Source: Tubulanus polymorphus
Taxonomy: Eukaryota > Animalia > Nemertea
Reading direction: 5' to 3'
DNA length: 64,000 nucleotides
Assembly: GCF_964204645.1 (NCBI RefSeq)
Contig: NC_134029.1
Coordinates: 21,632,950-21,696,949 of the forward strand
The position numbers and the translations under genes are program-made. Shown in pieces: positions 60,601-64,000 of this stretch (positions within the stretch are counted from its first letter, which is position 1; every line of letters starts with the position of its first letter). The notes under the pieces are model-generated. The model was not told the origin of the DNA and searched no databases. It saw only the letters and a program-made list of their open reading frames with translations.

Positions 60601-62375
60601 AAGTTCATGTAACACAGTATAATTCCGCTTCGAAACTATACACCGGTGCTGACAACATAATTTTTGTAGTCAAATTCAATTTTTCTAAATTTATCTTGAA
60701 AGGTAAATTCAACGATCATTTAGTAAGAATAATCATAATCCGGCTCGATGGGGTTTTCCTAGTTACCAAAAAATCCCGTGTGTAAGTGTTATATTCGCCT
60801 ACGATCAATTAACTCGATATCATTGTTTATATACCGTGACTTCGTGGAGTTTTATCTAAACAAATGCATAACTGATTTCCTGTAGACCTCATGCTGTGAT
60901 CGTATTGTATTTTCCACATGTCTATATATAGTCAATCATCAGTTGTTTCCTTTACACATGATTCAGCTGATAATCTGTTAGTTATAAATAAGCCGATCAC
61001 GCAATGTTGTTCTATCATTTACAGAAATCATTCTCCCAGTACGATTCTCAAGTTGAAAGGTAAGCGTCTGTTCGCCAGACTGTTCGATCAGAAGACAAGA
61101 TTTTAGAAATATCTACAATTTCGATACCAGATCAGTCCGATTCGAACATTGCAGTGCAGTTTTCCTTACCGGGGGAACCTACATCATAACTTTTGACATC
61201 GATCTTTATTTCATTTCATATTTTTTGGATATTCTAGTAATCGAGTGAAGTTGCAACAGGCTACGTCACAAATTAGTACTTTGACGGCAGAAAATCATAA
61301 GATAATGCAAGAAAAGAAGGGACAGTATAAGCATAATCAACAGCTAGAAGAGCTGAGAAATCTTCAGGTGAGTGTGAGCTTGAGTTAGGTATACTGTTTT
61401 GAGTTGGGATTCATCCAGTTCAGTTAACAATGAATGATTCGAATTCATAGGAAACTATTCGTCAAGAACGTGAACTTTGGGAGAAAGAAAAAGAGAAAGA
61501 TCGCGAGAAAATAGACCGACAATATGCCGCACTCGATGAGAAAATGGTGGAGATTGAAAAACAAAAGGTACATTTTGAAATCGCTAAAAAGACTAATTCT
61601 CCACAAATGGCTGCAATTCTAAATGGAATTTTTCAATCTATTTCAGACTGATTTGAAGGCTCAACACGATGAACTTCAAAAGAGAAAGGACGTACTTCAA
61701 AAACAGTGGGATATATATAACGAACAGGTTTCACAGCATAAAACATTGTCAGGTACATCGTCACTATCAGTATCCGGTTCACCGACAATCAACCATCGTA
61801 GAAGCGCTTCTGCTGAATTCAGTAAAAACGAGGAAGACTCTACGTTTCATCACGGCTCAAAACCCGAACATACCGGCAGTTTCCGCGATCCCGATCCGAG
61901 AATTCAGCGACCGCGTTCGGACGTGTTGCCGTCCGCGTCGCGAAAAGACTTACCGATACATTTACTGAGTGCGACGAACGAACAGAAACTACGCGGCATC
62001 AAACAACATTTACCGCTACAATTATCGGGATTACATTCGAGTAACAGCAGCAGTAGTTTATCATCGATACAAACTGCCATTTCTGTTCAACAACAGATTC
62101 CTAATAAACTTCAGTCATCTACGTCGTCGTCGTCGATGCCTCAACCTCCGCAGCATAGTAGCTCCAGTCCGAATCTGATTTCGCAAATTCCCGGTAAATT
62201 CGGCATGACGTCGAAATCGTCGCCGACCGGAAGTACGAAATCGTCGCCCGGTAGTCCGTTGGGTTTACCGCTGAAACTAGCCGAGGGTAAGGGTTCCGGG
62301 CGGGTATCGTCGCCTACCGGTAGCGGTAAGGATAAGAAGAAAGGAAAGCATAGTAAAGACGAGTACTATTTCTAA
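389..62375 (+). CDS. AKAP13/ARHGEF28: Lbc-family RhoGEF gene (AKAP13/ARHGEF28/ARHGEF18-like), 43 coding exons in window, about 2,100 aa; 5' start exon not located
   Basis: The manually spliced GT-AG exons sum to 6320 nt (2 nt + 2106 codons) with consistent phases. Recognisable motifs: LPEDCEVYLAFIGSQQRH, LPNDWTVL, ETLFHFAARWGL (ankyrin), C1 finger, [23 protein letters not shown] (DH), PH, LPKRAETFTAFD, YKHNQQLEELRNLQ. Exact vertebrate orthology cannot be resolved. Confidence 0.93.
1955..2102 (+). CDS. RhoGEF exon, N-terminal domain (GGGTIVVAISEDTNLPEDCEVYLAFIGSQQRHIVQTHRVNSDTLQAHIP)
   Basis: tttag/gtaagt; strong resemblance to the ARHGEF28/AKAP13 N-terminus. Confidence 0.92.
2567..2834. mobile_element. 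MITE family A (Harbinger/Tourist-like)
   Basis: TIR AGCCGC(G/A)ATCACA...TGTGATCG(C/T)GGCT; 3-bp TSD ATT/ATT. Confidence 0.8.
3561..3734 (+). mobile_element. Penelope-like (PLE-derived) foldback element
   Basis: Inverted ends TGTAGAGAGAATCCCA/TGGGATTCTCTCTACA; CTGAAGA...GTCGAAACGTT core; 13-bp direct repeat ACAACAGGTAATA at 3548-3560 and 3732-3744. Confidence 0.6.
3628..3673 (+). ncRNA. Minimal type I hammerhead ribozyme candidate
   Basis: Stem I TTATTC/GAATAA; core CTGAAGA; stem II GAC...GTC; GAAAC; GTT cleavage triplet; palindromic AACGTT in place of stem III. Confidence 0.55.
5591..5935 (+). CDS. RhoGEF exon (SHNLVERVELRVYVC...LDDRIIKELENISLPNDWTVLPRDK)
   Basis: ttttcag/gtacgt; within ORF 5569-5946; LPxxWxVL motif of AKAP13/ARHGEF28. 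Confidence 0.92.
11368..12599 (+). repeat. 44-bp tandem array x28, derived from the 5' half of a tRNA-derived SINE head
   Basis: Unit GGCGGTGTGGGCGAATGGTTAGAACGTTCGACTCTGGGAAGCCA; span 1232 = 28 x 44; each unit contains a Pol III A-box-like TGGGCGAATGG. Confidence 0.95.
12556..12860 (+). mobile_element. tRNA-derived SINE (CORE-like body, L2-like tail)
   Basis: A box, then B box GGGTTTCGAACCC (about 12606-12618); GTGTCCTTGG...CCCAGGTGTAAATGGGTACC CORE-like segment; GCGCTATATAAA...(TTA)n tail. Confidence 0.8.
13356..13842. mobile_element. MITE family C with internal AAACATGTTTGATCTCAGAAA subrepeats (related at 6862-7113 and 30830-31151)
   Basis: AGCCCGACGCAGACGACGCAGGG...CCCTGCGTCGTGTGC ends; repeated CATGTTT/AAACA motifs. 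Confidence 0.65.
14959..15420. mobile_element. MITE family B copy (related pieces at about 16400-16725, 29033-29300, 36957-37280)
   Basis: AGCCGTGTTCGCACTACG...GTAGTGTCAACGCGCCT; shared TTAGAACGGACCAA/TGGTTCCTGGTCCGTTCTAAAT motifs. Confidence 0.7.
17165..17360 (+). CDS. RhoGEF exon, ankyrin repeats (ETLFHFAARWGLEKLTGFL...NRDGESPRDIARDYGYDKLAKFI)
   Basis: attgtag/gtaagg; ankyrin consensus; phase 1 in, 2 out. Confidence 0.93.
17423..17905. mobile_element. MITE family B with a nested family A copy (17533-17686)
   Basis: Outer AGCCGCGTTCATACTACG...GAATGTGGCT with ATA/ATA TSD; inner AGCCGCGATCACATG...CATGTGATCGCGGCT. Confidence 0.75.
18577..18743 (+). CDS. RhoGEF exon (SAFSFFSHVDG...GKQSNQRI)
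   Basis: gttcag/gtaaga; phase 2 in, 1 out. Confidence 0.85.
19321..19626 (+). CDS. RhoGEF exon (EEDIDKLKQATNSMMD...QVRSYS)
   Basis: tttcatatag/gtaaga; phase 1-1. Confidence 0.85.
20028..20200. repeat. Approximately 44-bp minisatellite x4
   Basis: CTGACACCTGGTGACATCATAACCCCAGCTAGCCAATCAGATCAC units. Confidence 0.75.
20721..20939 (+). CDS. RhoGEF exon (DTTSCDSNSDEDES...LRRQSTEP...TTKIL)
   Basis: atttcag/gtaatt; phase 1-1, open frame. Confidence 0.85.
21008..21182. mobile_element. PLE-derived foldback element, decayed hammerhead cores on both arms
   Basis: AAAATCCCA...TGGGATTTT inverted ends; CTGAAGATGACTATTAGAATGTAGACGAAACATTGAATAA similar to the 3634 copy. Confidence 0.55.
21575..21620. 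repeat. (TA)n microsatellite (others at about 8651-8705 and 14409-14441)
   Basis: Direct inspection. Confidence 0.9.
22782..22864 (+). CDS. RhoGEF exon (EESIQQAHNITESILQNKHSNPYQNTVQ)
   Basis: tttctttgcag/CAG|gtaagt; phase 1 in, 0 out. Confidence 0.75.
23960..23999 (+). CDS. Candidate alternative first coding exon (METGIVHEYRNGL)
   Basis: ACCATGG Kozak-like start, C|gtaaga donor, CpG-rich upstream region; phase 1 fits exon 24793. Confidence 0.35.
24063..24380. mobile_element. MITE family A copy
   Basis: Same TIR and internal motifs (CTAATTAGAGAGCGCATTCACATGTAAACC, AAGTCACTTCCAGAAC). Confidence 0.75.
24793..24854 (+). CDS. Candidate alternative exon (HIRRTTAGGDDLEALYTVPT)
   Basis: Strong ACG|gtaagt donor, weak gaacag acceptor; phase 1 in, 0 out fits exon 32336. 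Confidence 0.35.
24888..25197. mobile_element. MITE family A copy
   Basis: AGCCGTGATCTCACG...GTGTGATCACGACT. Confidence 0.75.
26210..26392. mobile_element. PLE-derived foldback element (right arm truncated by a MITE fragment)
   Basis: Shares ACTATATCCGTGTTG...GTAGAGAATCCCA with the 3561 copy; centre GTCATCTCAGGAATAC-TGTATTCCCGGAGATGAC. Confidence 0.55.
28899..29006 (+). CDS. Candidate alternative first coding exon (MSRIMTDSDDLNSSNLMRDKMVIECAALDIEVGNFQ)
   Basis: 36-codon open frame from ATG to the CAG|gtacga donor; phase 0 fits exon 32336; no nearby acceptor. Confidence 0.5.
32336..32438 (+). CDS. RhoGEF exon (DARKGRLCRFSSSCPSLAEQEAPPAGRLMNSPII)
   Basis: ttttttcag/gtaagc; phase 0 in, 1 out bridges the flanking exons. 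Confidence 0.82.
33462..33791. mobile_element. Non-autonomous DNA transposon with 6-bp TSD
   Basis: Perfect 14-bp TIR CATGGTTCCCACAG/CTGTGGGAACCATG; GCGTAT duplicated on both sides. Confidence 0.8.
34296..34501. mobile_element. MITE family A copy (internally deleted)
   Basis: TIRs with TAT/TAT TSD. Confidence 0.75.
34617..34965 (+). CDS. RhoGEF exon containing KRRRSWCP motif
   Basis: atttcag/gtatgg; within ORF 34601-35008; phase 1 in, 2 out. Confidence 0.88.
35081..35515. mobile_element. MITE with AGCTCAGGTC TIR
   Basis: AGCTCAGGTCTCATAAGATCCGA...TCGGACTTTACTGCGACCTGAGTT; internal GTGACCTGAGTGTACTTAAGA repeats. Confidence 0.6.
36340..36620 (-). mobile_element. L2/CR1-clade LINE 3' fragment (decayed)
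   Basis: The minus strand reads SRTVSVSAPRLWNNFP...SSFKSL (ORF2 C-terminal APxLWNxLP motif), then TGTAAAGAGCTTTGG...(TTA)n tail. Confidence 0.65.
37447..37555 (+). CDS. Candidate mutually exclusive exon (LSRQSSAPVRRRILTKTNSLPCFFMKPMKTILEDKR)
   Basis: tcccag acceptor and CG|gtaaac donor; 109 nt, phase 1 in, 2 out, same as exon 34617. Confidence 0.55.
39160..39425. mobile_element. MITE family A copy, reverse orientation
   Basis: Internal motifs are the reverse complement of the 2567 and 24063 copies. Confidence 0.65.
41591..41877. mobile_element. piggyBac-like MITE (inverted partial copy at about 16745-16980)
   Basis: TTAA|CCCTTT...AAAGGT|TTAA; internal ACACCGCACTGCGGTGT palindrome shared with the 16760 region. 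Confidence 0.7.
42364..42483. repeat. 24-bp tandem repeat x5
   Basis: CAAATATTCAAGAATTCTATTCGT, perfect copies. Confidence 0.9.
42749..42869. mobile_element. Related foldback element with CTGAAGA core
   Basis: TGAGAGAAACCCACAATA / TATTGTGGGTTTTTCTCA inverted ends. Confidence 0.45.
42934..43148 (+). CDS. RhoGEF exon (SMSLSSLDSNDES...DEEEEEED...IGTPK)
   Basis: cgacag/gtatcg; acidic, Ser-rich; phase 2 in, 1 out. Confidence 0.9.
44034..44155 (+). CDS. RhoGEF exon (ANSTPSDSDKG...SSIEQSE)
   Basis: tttacag/gtaaat; phase 1 in, 0 out. Confidence 0.85.
44789..44960 (+). CDS. RhoGEF exon (SIQPSNAIP...LTKSISTPSILTEKQTNQD)
   Basis: actttcag/gtaagt; LTKSIS motif as in AKAP13. Confidence 0.88.
45030..45183. 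mobile_element. Palindromic MITE family D (related at 48357-48500, about 22953-23070 and 63138-63250)
   Basis: GGCCCGGTTTTATAGACTGGTATTAC...GTAATACCAGTTTCTAAAACCGGCCC flanked by CTG. Confidence 0.65.
46191..46244 (+). CDS. Candidate 54-nt cassette exon (SPTSWRRDVQKSFAMCI)
   Basis: ctttttag/AG|gtaaaa; symmetric phase 1-1 between exons 44789 and 47789. Confidence 0.3.
   Translation, partial: HRRHLGDGMYKNHSRCA
47789..47858 (+). CDS. RhoGEF exon (TDERHITSSSSITTGSTTSGQIK)
   Basis: ttttcag/gtaagt; phase 1 in, 2 out. Confidence 0.8.
48049..48090 (+). CDS. RhoGEF 42-nt exon (SSIHGNQKPEHHTH)
   Basis: cgacag/gtcagt; symmetric phase 2-2. Confidence 0.6.
48225..48290 (+). CDS. RhoGEF exon (NRSEREVLPAERKTSPSRDIY)
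   Basis: aactcag/gtaagt; phase 2-2. Confidence 0.75.
49257..49374 (+). CDS. RhoGEF exon (TSNYEEDEF...KERRRSSVFSLSQKFGSYRQKK)
   Basis: tttttcag/gtatcg; phase 2 in, 0 out. Confidence 0.88.
49982..50102 (+). CDS. RhoGEF exon, C1 zinc finger N-half (HQFVSVSFSNSTNCDVCSKSMANKSALRC)
   Basis: ttttacag/gtaagc; H-x12-C-x2-C pattern. Confidence 0.93.
50998..51126 (+). CDS. RhoGEF exon, C1 finger C-half (NCLVNVHESSCKDQIAPC) plus His6 tract
   Basis: ttttcag/gtaaga; remaining C/H ligands present. Confidence 0.92.
51830..51909 (+). CDS. RhoGEF exon (SPMISGGLKTTQSMKEKKSSSAPIRNS)
   Basis: gtttcag/gtaggc; phase 1 in, 0 out. Confidence 0.82.
51995..52041 (+). CDS. RhoGEF exon (VAYSSSPTQRKESPP)
   Basis: ctttctag/gtaaaa; phase 0 in, 2 out. 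Confidence 0.78.
52308..52545. mobile_element. Non-autonomous hAT-like element (related at about 38385-38682 and 1480-1697)
   Basis: TIR CAGGGTGGCCACT/AGTGGCCACCCTG; internal TCAGGGAA/TCGGGGAATT subrepeats. Confidence 0.75.
52628..52708 (+). CDS. RhoGEF exon (NADRTGNGGGSYGHFQWRRVATKLGI)
   Basis: cacacag/gtaagt; symmetric 81 nt, phase 2-2. Confidence 0.75.
54251..54310 (+). CDS. RhoGEF exon (KVINEENEESKDISDGNNA)
   Basis: ttttatag/gttagt; phase 2-2. Confidence 0.78.
54421..54556 (+). CDS. RhoGEF exon pre-DH (SASVESLEDV...EPEAWSITVDKK)
   Basis: gtttcag/gtttgt; E(A/S)WS motif preceding Lbc DH domains. Confidence 0.92.
54649..54700 (+). CDS. RhoGEF exon, DH start (TLKKMQPKDIKRQDHLY)
   Basis: ttttcag/gtaggt; KRQD motif. 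Confidence 0.93.
55181..55233 (+). CDS. DH exon (ELVLTERHHYRTLKIMQK)
   Basis: DH CR1 ELxxTE; tatag/gtaaga. Confidence 0.95.
55316..55495 (+). CDS. DH exon (IFARGMAREV...IFPKLEMLIEIH...IGDLLIEQ)
   Basis: DH consensus; tttag/gtaagc. Confidence 0.95.
55574..55699 (+). CDS. DH exon (FQGENATKLVTAYGDFCSKHNDAVNYYKDL...FQAFIK)
   Basis: YGxFCSxH motif; tttcag/gtaaat. Confidence 0.95.
55881..55998 (+). CDS. DH exon ([39 protein letters not shown])
   Basis: DH CR3 QRxTKYPLL; ttgtag/gtacag. Confidence 0.96.
56092..56261 (+). CDS. DH end/linker exon (ALILIKRILAEVDKQVEAFEKSQRFLDIYNKLDARS)
   Basis: tttacag/gtattt; Lbc-type VDxxV. Confidence 0.94.
56416..56583 (+). CDS. PH exon (RKLLHEGLINWKTARGKLTEVLAVIITDVMFFLQENNQKYTF)
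   Basis: Lbc PH consensus; ttttag/gtgaga. Confidence 0.95.
56704..56896 (+). CDS. PH exon (SAVIPLYRLLVREK...PEMYEIVC...QWIEIMRKAIKNCP)
   Basis: PH C-terminal helix Trp; gtttag/gttcgt. Confidence 0.95.
56989..57066 (+). CDS. RhoGEF exon (EESIPVQTEEEKRLQEAKAAKLKELI)
   Basis: ttgcag/gtaaat; phase 1-1. Confidence 0.9.
57152..57252 (+). CDS. RhoGEF exon (EHLHRQDKAIQRNCDQKFKYLLEILELSTGREIQ)
   Basis: cttacag/gtaaca. Confidence 0.88.
57345..57405 (+). CDS. RhoGEF exon (TPPPVQGKSMKQLIEMTFSE)
   Basis: atttag/gtgagt. Confidence 0.85.
57598..57756 (+). CDS. RhoGEF exon (NLNRSISSAGE...LPKRAETFTAFD)
   Basis: Matches the LPRRAETFGGFD motif of Lbc GEFs; ttttcag/gtaaaa. Confidence 0.93.
57777..58047. mobile_element. 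MITE family A copy, reverse orientation
   Basis: AGCCGCGATCACACG...CGTGTGATCGCGACT; TAT/TAT TSD. Confidence 0.82.
58109..58239 (+). CDS. RhoGEF exon (GFPSKMKAG...GRSASLQNLNRQESDSDLLLTVDTSK)
   Basis: tttctag/gtatat; phase 1 in, 0 out. Confidence 0.85.
58566..58619 (+). CDS. 54-nt cassette-type exon (LWNMRRGSAGLADKENKK)
   Basis: ctatatag/AAG|gtaatc; symmetric phase 0-0. Confidence 0.62.
59410..59652 (+). CDS. RhoGEF exon (QERNDRRLSTSF...LEQTLVYLARNVHELL), NAGNAG acceptor
   Basis: tttcagCAG acceptor; CTG|gtaagc donor. Confidence 0.85.
61025..61059 (+). CDS. RhoGEF 35-nt exon (KSFSQYDSQVE)
   Basis: tttacag/gtaagc; needed for the phase change (0 in, 2 out). Confidence 0.8.
61238..61367 (+). 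CDS. Coiled-coil exon (NRVKLQQATSQ...YKHNQQLEELRNLQ)
   Basis: attctag/gtgagt. Confidence 0.9.
61451..61567 (+). CDS. Coiled-coil exon (ETIRQERELWEKEKEKDRE...EIEKQK)
   Basis: ttcatag/gtacat. Confidence 0.9.
61647..62375 (+). CDS. Terminal coding exon (coiled coil, LPIHLLSATNE, LPLKLA, ...KDEYYF*)
   Basis: atttcag acceptor; within ORF 61623-62375; TAA stop. Confidence 0.93.
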   Translation, partial: TDLKAQHDELQKRKDVLQKQWDIYNEQVSQHKTLSGTSSLSVSGSPTINHRRSASAEFSKNEEDSTFHHGSKPEHTGSFRDPDPRIQRPRSDVLPSASRKDLPIHLLSATNEQKLRGIKQHLPLQLSGLHSSNSSSSLSSIQTAISVQQQIPNKLQSSTSSSSMPQPPQHSSSSPNLISQIPGKFGMTSKSSPTGSTKSSPGSPLGLPLKLAEGKGSGRVSSPTGSGKDKKKGKHSKDEYYF

Positions 62376-63980
62376 GATTTAGAGTAAGTTGAATATATCC
62401 ACCTCAAAAAATTCATTGTTCTTTTTCCGCTCACTGTAACAGGGTCATAATCTAACCTAAACAATGTTTTAACGGTAACGGTAAAAAATATTCAAAAATT
62501 GAAATAGTCTGTATTTTTGCATTTTTCAGCATTGGGTGACTGGCGCGGAAAATGGACCAATTTTTTGTGTGACTGTGTTAGAACTCTTCTCCGTACGTTT
62601 CCTGTATCATTCTACCATCAGAACATCACATGTGTTAAGATCAGTTGACAGCACTTACCAAAAATTGGCTATCTACGATATTTCTGATATTGTCAAATTG
62701 GTTGAACTCAATTTGAGAATAGCTAAAACGTATAAGACCCTTTCAAACCAGTCATCAATCAAGCATATCGTATCATTCATAACTATGAACGGCTTATAAA
62801 GAATTAATATTGAATTGACGATAAAATGAGTATCTGACAATTTTTTTAACTGAGATAAAATTTTCAACTGATTGTGAATAGTTTGTAAATTATTGTACAT
62901 ATGTCCTAATTAAGGTGCTCCATATTGTGTAATGATGATATTATTAGCCTTTTAAACTACCAAATGCTACTATGTACAAATGTGTGCTACTATGTGTGTT
63001 AGGTCATAAGACAAGCCTTGGAGTAATCGGACTGAATTACTCCAAGGACAAACTAAATCCTCCCTCCGGACATTCTTGGAGTCACACATCATGATGAAAG
63101 GCACCCGGTGAGTTTAAGTTACAAAGATCGGGACCAAGGCCCGGTTCCAGAATAATCCTTTAAACTAGTCTTGTTTAGTTAGTATGGTCATAGGAGCAAA
63201 CAAAATGAGCTTAGATTGGTTTGAGTTAATTTAGCCGATGCAGCCACGAGGGCAGGTAGACTCTTTGAATGTACAAAACATGTACATCGGTGTGTGAACT
63301 GTAAATATATGTATTCATCATGAAAAATATCTGTTGAAACCTCGTTGAATCTTATTGGAACTTAATTGATTGTAATTATTTGTTGAATGCAGGGTAAAAA
63401 ACAACTTTAGGGTTTTTAAAAAGTTAAATCGGAAGAAGGTTTATTTGATATTGAAATGAATCGTTATGACACGAAGATATAACCTTGAGTGTATGTACAT
63501 TATATGGATGTATAGTGCTGTTTTGTGATAGATCATTTGTCTATTAACTTCAACGATATCTTTATTATTATCATTATTATATATTATTATGATAATTATT
63601 ATAATTGATATTATCATATTATGTAAATTAAACCAGATTTATATTTGTTACGAATAGGTCATGTTGATCAGAAATTTTGTACGGAAAATAATGAAAGAAA
63701 TATAAACGCTGTAATCAATTAATGATAAAAATTGTGAAAACAATGTCAGTCCTTCAACTAGTCCAGTTATTTGAAATAATAAGCAAGATTATTGATTCAC
63801 TATGGAAAATAAAGTTTTTGGAGATATTTCTGTTGGCGCTGAAACGTGTCAAGACAAGGTTCCTATTACTTTCCCAAACATCCATAGAATCTTATGTGAA
63901 AAACTAGATTCAAAGAATGTGCGTGTGTGGTTTGAAAACGGTGTTAATTGTTAATAATAAATGGTTATTGATTATTATTA
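62376..63980 (+). other. Probable 3' UTR with candidate polyadenylation signals
   Basis: AT-rich region after the stop; AATAAA near 63808 and 63956. Confidence 0.5.
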
Positions 63981-64000
63981 TTTATGCAGATATATATTGT

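Overview
This is eukaryotic (invertebrate-like) genomic DNA: AT-rich and without obvious CpG depletion. Almost the whole window is one + strand, intron-rich gene for an Lbc-family Rho guanine nucleotide exchange factor (AKAP13/ARHGEF28/ARHGEF18-like). By hand I assembled 43 GT-AG coding exons (389 to the stop at 62375) with consistent phases, giving about 2,100 aa. The domain order is N-terminal TIG/DBB-like domain, ankyrin repeats, low-complexity region with an RRRSWCP motif, C1 zinc finger, DH, PH, coiled coil and an EYYF C-terminus. The true start exon was not located. There are several candidate alternative first exons and one candidate mutually exclusive exon. The introns hold many non-autonomous DNA transposons (MITEs), an L2/CR1 LINE 3' fragment, and a CORE-type SINE whose tRNA-derived 5' head is amplified as exactly 28 x 44-bp tandem units. 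They also hold a family of Penelope-like foldback elements, one of which keeps a near-intact minimal hammerhead ribozyme on the pre-mRNA strand. Family assignments come from motif recognition only; no database search was run.
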